From the NCBI RefSeq assembly GCF_004010195.1, contig NC_057719.1, positions 73,328,365 to 73,392,364 of the forward strand: a stretch of 64,000 nucleotides of DNA. Reading direction: 5' to 3'. Shown here one piece after another: positions 53,185 through 63,739 of the stretch. The position numbers and the translations under genes are program-made. How positions within the stretch are numbered: the first letter of the stretch is position 1; each line of letters begins with the position of its first letter. The notes below the pieces were generated by a model that made no database searches, was not told the origin of the DNA, and worked only from the letters and a program-made list of their open reading frames with translations. Source of the stretch: Chiloscyllium plagiosum. Lineage: Eukaryota.

Positions 53185-54551
53185 CTTTGCTCTCTGTCTT
53201 TATATTCTGTGTTAGTCTTTCTCATACTCTATCTTACTTTTCTTTCTAGCTCTTTTTGTGGCTTTCTGTTGACCTTTAAAGTTTTCCCTATCTTCTAGAT
53301 TCCTGCTGTTTTTGGCCATTTTGTATGTCTTCTCTTTCACTTTGATAGCCTGCCTTATTTCCTTACACACCCATGACAGATTACCCCTCCTCTTACAGTC
53401 CTTCCTTCTCACCAGAATATACTTTTGCTGAGCACTTTGAAAAATTACTGTGAAGGTCCTCCACTGCTTGCCAACTGTTGCACCAAAAAGTATTTGTTTC
53501 CAGCTACTTTAGCCAGGTCTTCCATCATTCTATCATAGTCCCCCTTATTTCTTACCTTACCTTGGCCAGCTAACAAATATTGACACCTCGTATGATGAGG
53601 AAAATTCTATTCATGTGAGCATGACTTGAGATGTCTGTGGTGAACATACTATATTTTGCCTCATCGTTTTCACAGACTTGCTGATAGGTTTGTGCATAGA
53701 GAAATGAGAAGAAGTTGCTCTTTGCTCTCTGACCTCAGAACAAACTAAAACTTGGAAAACTAAAGCATTCATAAAATATTCTTAAGTTTTATAAAGAGGG
53801 ATCTACTTCTGCATATATTGTTCATGCAGAAATGTCTCTGAAATTCAAGTCGAGAATGAGCTGAGCACATTTGTGGCACACCTCCGGATTGAGGCAGTCA
53901 AACAGCACTTGGGTGAGCTGCTGACATACATAGTAGTAACCTGTGTACTACTATCTCTCCCAAAGTGTTTCACCATTAAAAATGGCTATAGTGATGTCCC
54001 ACTGTCTCACCTTTTAAATGAAGGGATAGACCAGTGATATTGATTATCTGTTTTGCAAACCAGAACCAATGGGCAAAATTGAGTTTCTAGAGAAACCTTT
54101 CAAGTGCTGCCCCTATCAAAAGTCAAACATCAACCAAGTATGGCATTACTTCAATAAGATAGAGTGTGCACCAACTTGTTCCATTAAACTTATTAATCAA
54201 ATTGCTTTCGCTTGTGGAGAAAATGTTTTTGCACTCAACAATGATGAACCTTATTGACTAATAAATGAAAGTTAATAAGTTGTTCCATACTCCAGCTTTT
54301 TTTTTAACATTTATAACAAAAATAATCAAAAATAACATCTTAGAATGGAGAAAAATTTCATACATGGATTTATTACATTTTAATATATAGTACTTTCTTT
54401 ACAATAGTTACCTTTTTTAAGTTTATCTACTTTTACTTCAGTTTATAAAGGGTATTTAGGATCTGCACAAATGATTTACAAAATTATGGAATGAAAATCA
54501 TTGCACTGCATGATCTTGTCAAGTTCAAGTAAAGGTATTTCTTTTGGTGCC

Positions 54552-54964
54552 TGTCGTGGAAATTAAATCGACTTGACTCAATAATTAGCAAGAGCAAAGC
54601 AGGGATCTTTATTAAAAATCTTGCAAGATTGACTCATTACACCAAGCCAGATGCCTTAATGCAATGAGTACCGAAACATTTACACAAACGCCTGCCTTAT
54701 AGCATTTGTATCGCACTCTCAAGGGCAAAGACTGGGGAAACTCAAGTTGTTATCCTCTCATCCCCTGGTCCTAGACATAACAGTTCTTCAGCTTTCGCTG
54801 AATTCGACTATCGCAAGGTCGAGTTGAATGTTTACAGAATTCAAACAGAGATAAGCTAACTGCAGACCTTCATCAAAGCATCGTTTACAAAACTCAGTAC
54901 AGCATTGATTTGAAGAAAAGCATTCTCTTTAAATTTCACAGTAAATGGATAATTTTCCATTACA
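54552..54964 (-). repeat. ERV 3' LTR
   Basis: TGTAATGG...CACGACA on the minus strand. TATAA at 54697-54701 and AATAAA at 54608-54613. Preceded by the purine-rich tract AAAAATGAAGAAAA (PPT). Confidence 0.95.
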
Positions 54965-55241
54965 TTTTCTTCATTTTTGTCATTTTATGACAACAAGGAC
55001 AACTACAGCAACAACAACAGAAAATGTTGAGGAAACACCAGGCCTTTTCCTCAGACACCACCTCCCCAAAACACAGCTTTGTGGTGGTATCGTCACTTGC
55101 TCTGGTGTGCCCTGTACACAGCCCATGTTCACACGTTACACTCGTCAAAGCCATGGTAGGGTGGGGTCCATGCAATGCCCCTGCCCTTACAAATAGTCCT
55201 ACCAGGGTACTTGCTAAAAGTGTGAGCTGGGGCAGCCCCAT
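54960..55241 (-). CDS. Small ORF at the env position (93 aa, hydrophobic N-terminus, Cys cluster): env remnant or small membrane protein
   Basis: Open from an ATG just after the integrase stop to a TAA inside the 3' LTR start. Product identity uncertain. Confidence 0.4.
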   Translation of the reverse strand: MGLPQLTLLASTLVGLFVRAGALHGPHPTMALTSVTCEHGLCTGHTRASDDTTTKLCFGEVVSEEKAWCFLNIFCCCCCSCPCCHKMTKMKKM

Positions 55242-55273
55242 ATTTATATGAGGCTTATAATCACTACTTGCAC

Positions 55274-58200
55274 TTAATTGGTTCCGGTGCTGTCCGATGT
55301 CTCCTCAGGCCCAAATACAGGCTTGCAATGGCTGGCGTGTATCCACGTGGCTCTTTCTGCGATCTTAACTGCTGTCTGTGTTGTAAGGAGCACTGGAAAT
55401 GGTCCCAGCCATCTCTTCGCCTTCCAGTTTTTCCTCCTGAAGGCCTTCACCACTCTCCAGTCTCCCAGTTCTCGATCGTGCAGTTTCACTTCTGCTTGTT
55501 GGGGTAGTGCTGCTTTCACTTGATTCTGTATTTGAGACAAAAGTGTAGAGAGTTTTATACAGTAACACATCTCATCCTCACAGCGGCCTGTTATCTGTCT
55601 TACTTTAGGTCTTGGGCGGTCTACCAAACAAAATCTCAAACGGGCTAAGATTAGCTCTTCCTCCCCTCCTGGATCTCATATACACTAGCACAGTCAGAAG
55701 TGCCTTTGTCCATGTCACCCCTAGTTCCTCACAATGTTTTGTCAATTTTTTTTTTGGATAGCATTTTCTCTTTCCACTGCCCCACTGCTCGCTGGGTGGT
55801 AGGCACAGTGTTGTCTCATGTTTATTCCCAAATACTCACTGATCTGCTGTAAGGCATTTTTGACAAGTGGCGTCCCATTGTTTCTACTAAGCCTTTCAGG
55901 GATGCCCCATCTTGGAATTATCTCTGTTAGCAAAGCCTTGGCTACTGCACTGGCATCCTGTTTAGACGTGGGGAATGCTTCCACCCATTTGGAAAACATA
56001 TCAACTATTACCAGACAATACCTTTTCCCTTCACTGGGCATTAGTTTAATGAAATCCATCTGTAAATGTTCAAAAGGTTTTTGGGATTGGGGGTGTGCTA
56101 CATGACTCATCTGTATTCCCCACCCCACATTATTAGTTGCACAGATAAAACAATATTTCTGGGAGTAATGAGTAAATCCCTTAGTGTACCAGTGTGCTGA
56201 AATACTGTCGTACACCCTGCCTTTTGACACATGGTCCTTACCGTGTGTCAGTTTGGCATAGAATGGAAATAATGATGGTGGTAGACAGGGTTTCCCATTG
56301 GGACCACACCATACTCCTTCCCTCACACTGCATCCTGCTTTTGTCCACTCACACTTTCCTTCCGGTGTGGCCTGTGACTGTAACTCCCGTACGTCTGCGT
56401 ATGTTGTCATACGCACGTCAATCTTCTCACCTGGCGGCTGCTGAGTTGCTATTTTTGCTGCTGAGTCTGCCCTTGCATTGCCTTGAGAAATAAAATCATT
56501 ATTTTTTGTGTGGGCTTCACATTTACACACATTGATTGATTTAGGCAACAGCACCGCTTCCAGGAGGTCAGAAATCAGGCCAGGGTGTGTGATGGGCTTT
56601 CCGGTGGAGGTTAAGAAACCCCTGTGTTTCCACAGGGTTCCAAAATCATGTACAACCCCGAATGTGTATCTGCTCTCGGTGTAAATATTTACTGTCTTTT
56701 CCTCAGCCAATTTACAGGCCTCAGTCAAGGCAATCAGCTCTGCTGCTTGCGCTGACAGATGAGAAGGGAGTGATCCCATTTTGACTATCTCGTAGGTAGT
56801 TACTACAGCATACCCAGCACAACTCTGGCTTGTCTCCTTGCCCCTGAATGCTAACCCGTCTATTAAAAACTCCATATCCAGATTCTGAAGTGGCGAATCC
56901 GGCAAATCTGGTCTGGGGTTGCAAATTTCATTAGTTACAGCGACACAATCATGTGGGACTCCATTCCTTCTGTGGGGAGAAGGCTAGCAGGGTTAAGGAC
57001 GTTACATTGCTTTATTATAATGTTAGACATCTCCAATAACACAGTATTGTATCTGAGCCAACGTGCTGCTGACATGTGTGCGGTCCTTTGCACGGACAGC
57101 AGTAAGGATACTGCATGTGGGACCAGTAGGGTTAATACACTGTAGCCAACTATATCTCTGGACGCTACAACAGCTTTTTCAGCTGCAGCCACGGTGCACA
57201 GACATTTAGGTAAGCCTGCTGCTACGGGGTCTAGTTTAGCTGAAAAATAAGCTACAGGCCTCAATCTTCCCCCATGATCCTGCAACAGCCCAGATGTCAT
57301 GCAGCCACGCTTCTCATCCACCGTTTGTACAAAAGGCTTGATTGGATTCGGAATCCCCATTGTAGGTGTAGTTTGGAGCGCCCTTTTTAATTCAACAAAG
57401 GCACTCTCGGCCTCTGGGGTCCACTGCAACGGACTCTGGTTCTGCAACCCTTTGCCATGGGCTATGTCACATAGGGGCGCCTCAAGGGGTGTAATGTGGG
57501 ATAACCGTTCTACAGTAGGAGCACATGCCCAGAAAGGATAGTAATTGTTTCTTCGTGTGAGGCTTTGGAATTTGCTGGATTGCTAGAACTTGGTCTTGAC
57601 CAATGCCCTTGGCTTGTTCAGATATTAAGTGACCTAAGAACATCACCTGTTGTTGCACAAATTGTAACTTTGCGAGACTGACTTTGTGCCCCTCCCTTGT
57701 GAGATGGCAGAGCAACGCAAGGGTATCCTTCTCACATTGTTCCTCTGTTGGTGCCGCTATCAAGCAATCATCTACTTACTGCAAAAGCGCTGACCCCTGG
57801 GTGAGAACAAGAGTCTCCAGACTCCTGTGCAGAGCCTCATTATATATGGTGGGGGACTCGCAGTAACCTTGACAAAGTCATGTGAAAGTATATGATTTCC
57901 CTTTGAATGAAAAAGTGAACCAGAATTGCCTATCTGGGTGTACCGGTAACACTAAAGAAGGCATTTGCTAAATCCACAGCAGAGAACCATTTACTGTCTG
58001 GTGGAATTTGAACCAATATAGTATAAGGGTTGGGAACATTTGAGGCGTGCAGGACAACAGCGCTATTGACTGCCTGCAGGTCATGAACAAACCTCCATTC
58101 CTCCGGTTTACCAGGAATTTTTGCCTTTTTGACCGGAAAAATGGGGATTCTCACCAGTGAGTTTTCACAGGGGATTATCACTCCAGCCTTTAGGAGGGAT

Positions 58201-59519
58201 TCAAAGACTGGAGTAATTCCTTCTATGGCTTCGGCTTTTAGAGGGTATTGAGCTCTGCAAGGACGATACTCAGACTTCGGGGTTATCCTTATGGATTCAC
58301 AGCCCCGTATGAGCCCCACATCATGTTTGCCCTTTGCCCACACCTCAGAAGGGACCATTTTTAATCTTGGGTCTGAGACTTCCAGCTTAGGGAAACGCTA
58401 GGCAATCCCCCTAGGCTTCTCAGGGCTAGCGGGGGTTACCTGGACTGTCCTATCTGCCTGAGTTAGCCAATTTAGTTTATTTTTATATGTTCACATATCT
58501 GCATTGAACCAGATACCCACATTGTCCCTGAAGACCCAACCTTTCGTTCTTTGTGCCTTTAGCACCCATGGTCCCAAATCCTGCCGCCTGTCACCAGACG
58601 CCTTCGCCAGTGACACATGAGGAGAGGAGCCTTACACATCAAAACGATAGGGTCTGCCTGCTGTTACAGGTACCTTAGATAAGTTCACACTAACTGCACA
58701 TCTGTGATCACTCCAATAAAATTTGCACAATAACAAGTGATCTGGTTTAACCAACCTCCTGAACCAATCCTTCTCATATGGTTTGTCAGGGCCGTCACGG
58801 TGTATGTGTGCTGCGCAGTGCAACATATCTCCAGCAAGAAAATTGGTGTTAATAGGATTAACATGGTTGCTTGCTTCCAGGGTGAGTGAATCGCTCACTG
58901 AATTTATCAGTCTCTGGCTTAATCCACTCATAGACATACATCAGGGGTCGTGGGTCATATTTTACAGCCTGCACTGGTAAATCTTCCCTTTGAATTACCT
59001 GCAAGCCTGTCGGAGTACTGAGCAAGTCCAACCCCAGTCTCCCTATGAGATCCCGACACATCAGATTTGAAGGACAAAATTCCGATAACAAGAAGGAGAA
59101 TTGGAAGGTTTCCCTGTTAGTAGTTTCGCACAATAGGGGTGCGGAATTTCTCTCCCCCACCACAACTCCTGATGCACCCATTGTGTTCAGGAACCTTTCA
59201 CTCATCTTTATTTTGTCGTTTGTGTAAACTGGCTTAATGTAAGGACTGAGTATGTTGCCCCTGTATCTACCAAAAAGGTAACTGATGTACCTTCCACACA
59301 TAACATAGAGGTGGGCATTAACTTATATGCATCATTGTGATATTGGACATACTGTCCACACTTTGCAATCTCAGCGCTCAACATAGAGGTGTGACATGTC
59401 TCAGTGCCCACAAGGTTAGTAGAAGAAATTAGCATAAGCGAGTCTTCATTGCTAAGCATAAAGGAAAGAGGCTTACCTGTACCTTGTGGGCTGCCCACCT
59501 CCACGTCAGCCTTACCCTG
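55274..59519 (-). pseudogene. pol: ERV pro-pol (protease, 2H-like insert, RT, tether, RNase H, integrase), multiple stops and frameshifts
   Basis: FLVDTGATYS; CPSNLMCRDLI; QYPL..EAIEGI; WRFVHDL; DLANAFFSV; LLQ*VDDCL (YVDD); FLIDG..SAQAAELIALTEAC; H...H..CFIC; LQMDFI; SSGAVERENA; WLGPFPVLLTT..WIHASHCK. Confidence 0.95.
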
Positions 59520-60543
59520 TCAATCACCCTGCTGTCCAGCCTCCAGGGCTGATTGAGGCTGTCCATTGCTCCGCAAACAAAGCACCCGCCAGATCTACCT
59601 CTACCAGCACCCCTTCCGCGATCTCTTTTCCTGCAGCACCTTCCTCCAACGTCTGGGTGACCATCTTTTTGTCTATTTTATCCTTCATTCCATTGATGAC
59701 GCTGTTCCTCAGGTGTGCCTCATACGGCGTAATTTCTGCTGCCATTATGTCTTCAGGTGGTCTCAGTCCACTATGGACATTATGGACTTCAGTGAGACGC
59801 GTAAGGTACTGGGACACTATCTCACCTTCTCGTTGTTTTCACATTGCTGTTTTGGTCATGTCCATTCGCACTGGGAATGCCTCCCTATAGACGGTTGCCA
59901 GCGCTGCAACAAAAGCATTAATGTCTCCATTCTCTTCTGCTAGCGGGTGGGCTACTCTGGCATGGACATTTACAGCTGGCCAGTTATACTTCTCGTGGCC
60001 CTCTTGCTTCGATCTGTTGGGGGTACAAGATGCTACCGGTGATTCAGCAAACCCTGAGGCAGGGGCTGCTGACTTGGAACCTTCGCCAGGCGGATCTCGT
60101 AGCGGGGGCTGCAGGTCTCGGAGGGCAGTCATCAAGGTCAGGATCTGAAACAGACTTAAGACACTGTACAGCTTCGTTAGGTTGTTTTCTGTGCATGTCT
60201 GCATGTGCGCTGGTGTTTGTACGTGTATTTGATCTATCCTTTACTTGAGATTTCCTTTCTCTGATATCAGCCTCAGCCTTCCACATGTTGTAAGCACTCC
60301 AATTCACCGGTTCTATTTTTTCCTTCCTTTTCTCCTTCTCTCTCTCTCCTCCAACCGCGACCTCAATATTTCCAGCTGTCTTTTACTAAAACCTCCTCCC
60401 TCCGGAAAACCACATTCCTTAATCCACAATTCTAACTGCTTCACAGACTCTGGGCTGTAATTATTTAACATGTATTGTATTTTTGGTTGGCCATTCCAAG
60501 TCCTGTGTCGACTCTCCCTTTGTTTGCTCTTGCTGGAGCCCAT
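59520..60543 (-). pseudogene. gag: ERV gag, deleted and frameshifted
   Basis: MGSSKSK (myristoylation-type start), W...GFPEGG.FS matrix motif, YLTRLTEVH capsid piece, and RG-rich GRGAGRGRSGGCFVCGAMD (half zinc knuckle, ~59560-59625). Confidence 0.88.
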
Positions 60544-61088
60544 TTTTAGTGTCGCTGGAAAAGTGTTCAGTTCTCTCTCTCTCTCACTCTCACTCTCGTG
60601 GTACCATTATCTTTTCCTTTTTGACTTGCTTTTACCTCCAGAGGTCCCATTTCGCATTGGCCGCGTCCACCTTAATGCCTTGGTTTTCGTAAACCAAGAA
60701 ACCACGTATCCAGTATGTCTTAGTGAGTCCAACTCAGCCAGTGGTGGTTCCAAGTCTAAAACCACCCTTAACCTTGCTGTCTCCTAAACACTCTTGAGAC
60801 GGCAAGCCCCTTCCCCTTGAGGTTTTACTCTAATACCACGTGAGAGTTCACTGAACCCTTTTCCTGCTGAATTTATTCTCTTAGAATGAGTTTCTGTGCA
60901 GGATTACTTAACCCACAGCTCTTACCCCGGCCTTATTTGATTCAAAACCCCAGCGCTAGGGTAATCCACAGATTTCCAGTCCTCTCACGCAAACAGGCCA
61001 ATTCAGCATTCGAGATGAAGTGAAAGACCTTCAAGGCGCTGGCGCCTGCGCCTCCTGGGAATCTTCAGAATCTCACCCAGTTGCGGGG

Positions 61089-61106
61089 TCCTGGGACGAG
61101 CCTCCA
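61089..61106 (-). promoter_or_regulatory. ERV primer-binding site, tRNA-Pro-like
   Basis: TGGAGGCTCGTCCCAGGA compared with the canonical Pro PBS TGGGGGCTCGTCCGGGAT. Confidence 0.8.
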
Positions 61107-61113
61107 AGTTTAC

Positions 61114-61518
61114 TGTCACGGAAATTAAATCGACTTGACTCAATAATTAGCAAGAGCAAAGCAAGGGTCTTTATTAAAAATCTTGCAAGATTGACTCATT
61201 ACACCAAGCCAATGCAATGAGTACTAAAACATTTACGCAGACGCCTGCCTTATAGCATTCCTTATCACACACTCAAGGGCAGAGACTGGGGAAACTCAAG
61301 TTGTTATCCTCTCATCCCCTGGTCCTAGACATAACAGTTCTTCAGCTTTCATTGAATTCAAGTATCGCAAGGTTGAGTTGAGTGTTTGCAGAATTCAAGT
61401 AGAGAAAAGCTGACTGCAGACCTTCATCAAAGCATCGTTTACAAAGCTCAGCACAGCATTGATATGAAGAAAAGCATTCTCTTTAAATTTCACAGTAAAT
61501 GGATAATTTTCCATTAAA
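61114..61518 (-). repeat. ERV 5' LTR
   Basis: Aligns end to end with 54552-54964. 9-bp indel, and the terminal TG is mutated to TT. Confidence 0.95.
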
Positions 61519-62089
61519 GTGCCAACAACAAATACATTATTTTAAATTAAAATCTCCCAGTAAATTTTTTACAAAGGTCTAACCATGATTGTGGTTGCTT
61601 TCTGGTTTGATACAGTATATGCATTTTATGAATGAGTTGAGTCATCATACCCTTCTGTTTACACCCTATATTTTTCAGAGAATTTGTTTTTATTTTCTCG
61701 CGATGATAATATTATGAAAAATAGCACTTTATTCCCAACACCCCACTCCCCTGGCAAAATGTACATTTTGTAATTTCCTTTGAAAGATGCTGTGTAATGT
61801 CAGAAGCATGAGTTCTCACTTGGAAATGGCACTAATATATTCTTTGCATTGTTCACTGTTTGTAAGTACTACCATGTAGGGTGAATGTCATGTGCCCTAT
61901 CAGTAGAAGCTTTGCTTGATTTGACGGCATGTGGAAAGCTCATTGAATGAAGTAGATGTGCGATCCATGAAGATATCATTATCCTCAATCATGGGTCCTG
62001 ATCTCTCAGAAGCACCATGCCTATGACAGTCTCTACACACAGATATATATAAATCCTGAGTGGGTCATAATTTCCTCTAATACAATGGA

Positions 62090-62610
62090 ATTTCATAGAA
62101 TCATGCAGCACCGAAGGAAGCTATTTTACTCATTATGTTGGTGCTGGCTTCTTATTAGAGCTATTCAATTAAACCAACTCCTCTGCTCTTTCCCACATGC
62201 TTGCAATTAATTTCCATTCAAGAAGCATTTCTTTAAATTTCCTTTTAAAACTTACTGTTGAATCAGCTTCCATCAACCTGAGGTGGTGCATTCCAGTTCA
62301 TAACATCCCGCTGTGTAATAGAGTAGCATCTCTTTATCTCTCCTCTGGTTCTTTCGTCACAATTATTTTCACTGTGTTTTTTGCATACTGACCCTCCTAG
62401 TGGAAGCAATTCTTACTATGCACTGTATCAAAACTCCTCATAACTTTTAACACCTTTATTAAGTTTTCCCTTAAGACAAACAACTTGAAAGTGGACAACT
62501 CTAGGTCTCTAATTTCTTCAAATAGCTCACTGTAATCTCTCCAAAGCACTAACATGCTTTGTAAAGTGTGGGGACCAGTATTGGCCATAATATTCCAGCT
62601 GAAAACAACC
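62090..62610 (-). mobile_element. Old CR1 3' fragment
   Basis: LRENLIKVLKVMRSFD on the minus strand, with a CR1-type 3' UTR. Confidence 0.7.
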
Positions 62611-63350
62611 ATTACCTCTCTCACTAGTATCCTTACATACAGATAGGGAAGGACACCACTTTGACTGGGACAACACATCCATCTTAGGGCAAGCCAAACA
62701 GAGACACACACGAGAATTCCTAGAAGCATGGCATTCCAACTGGAACTCTTATCAACAAACACATAGGCGGCATGGTGGCACAGTGGTTCGCACTGTTGCC
62801 TCACAGTGCCAGAGACTCGGATTCAATTCCCGCCTCAGGCGACCGACTGTGTGGAATTTGCACATTCTCCCCGTGTCTGCGTGGGTTTCCTCCGGGTGCT
62901 CCGGTTTCCTCCTACGTTCCAAAAATGTGCAGGTTAGGTGGGTTGGCCATGCTAAATTACCCGTAGTGTTAGGTGAAGGGGTAAAATGTAGGGGAATGGG
63001 TTTGGGGTGGGTTGCGCTTTGGCGGGTCGGTGTGGACTTGTTGGGCCAAAGGGCCTGTTTCCACACTGTAAGTAATCTAATCTAATCTAAACATCGAGTT
63101 AGACCCCATCTACCACCAATGAGAAAAAGAACCGGAAATGACGTCACCAGGGGAAATGACATAATTGACCCAATAAATAAATAGATATATATAGAAAGCA
63201 GGAATCATGTACACTGCTTCGCCTGAGGCCGACTGAAAATGTTACCTAGTAGGGTGACAAAATGTCTGGAAATGAACCTCCCAGCTCAGCGAGCAAACCT
63301 ACATTCAGAATCTCAAGTTGAGCTGCAAGTCTTCTCAAAACTCACTACAA
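62611..63350 (+). mobile_element. Penelope-like 3' fragment interrupted by a SINE
   Basis: GHHFDWDNTSILGQAKQRHTREFLEAWHS, resuming after 63090, ending in a pLTR similar to 53090-53184. Confidence 0.88.
62766..63089 (+). mobile_element. HE1-type V-SINE nested in the Penelope fragment
   Basis: Full SINE with (TCTAA)n tail. Confidence 0.93.
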
Positions 63351-63739
63351 CCGTTATTGATGAAGAGTGAACATAAGATGGGCATAGTGGTAATCTCACT
63401 AGTAATGCAGAATCCCAGGCTCTGATGTTTGAGGGACTTGGCTTCAAATCCTGCCATGGCAGATGGTCAAACTTGCATTCAATATACTCTGGAATTTAAA
63501 ACTAGCTTCAACAACACCCAGGTAACTACTGTTGATTATTGTGAGTAAAAAAGAAGCATCAAGTTCATGAATTCACTTTGGATAAGGAAATCTGCTATCC
63601 TTACCTGATGTGACCGATTTGTGAATACATCCATCTGGTTCCCTCTGAACTGTCTGTTGAAATTAATCAAACGCTACATGACGATGAAACTGGATCGACT
63701 GGCTGGCTTTGGAATTGACAATGGCAAACATGGCACTGT

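Larger units (their letters stand above)
48725..53550 (-). mobile_element. CR1 LINE ORF2 (RT) split by two nested insertions
   Basis: 53212-53412, then 51936-52346 (KSPGPDGMHPRVLKE..DWKIANVTP..GNYRPVSLTSVVGK), then 49130-50011 (FQKAFDQVPH..SGVPQ..FADDTK..LVRPHLEYC), then the 3' tail to ~48725. Confidence 0.93.
54552..61518 (-). mobile_element. Endogenous retrovirus, class I / epsilon-like fish type, decayed provirus
   Basis: Two LTRs, a 5-bp TSD GTGCC (54547-54551, 61519-61523), a PBS, and gag-pro-RT-RH-IN order. Confidence 0.95.
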
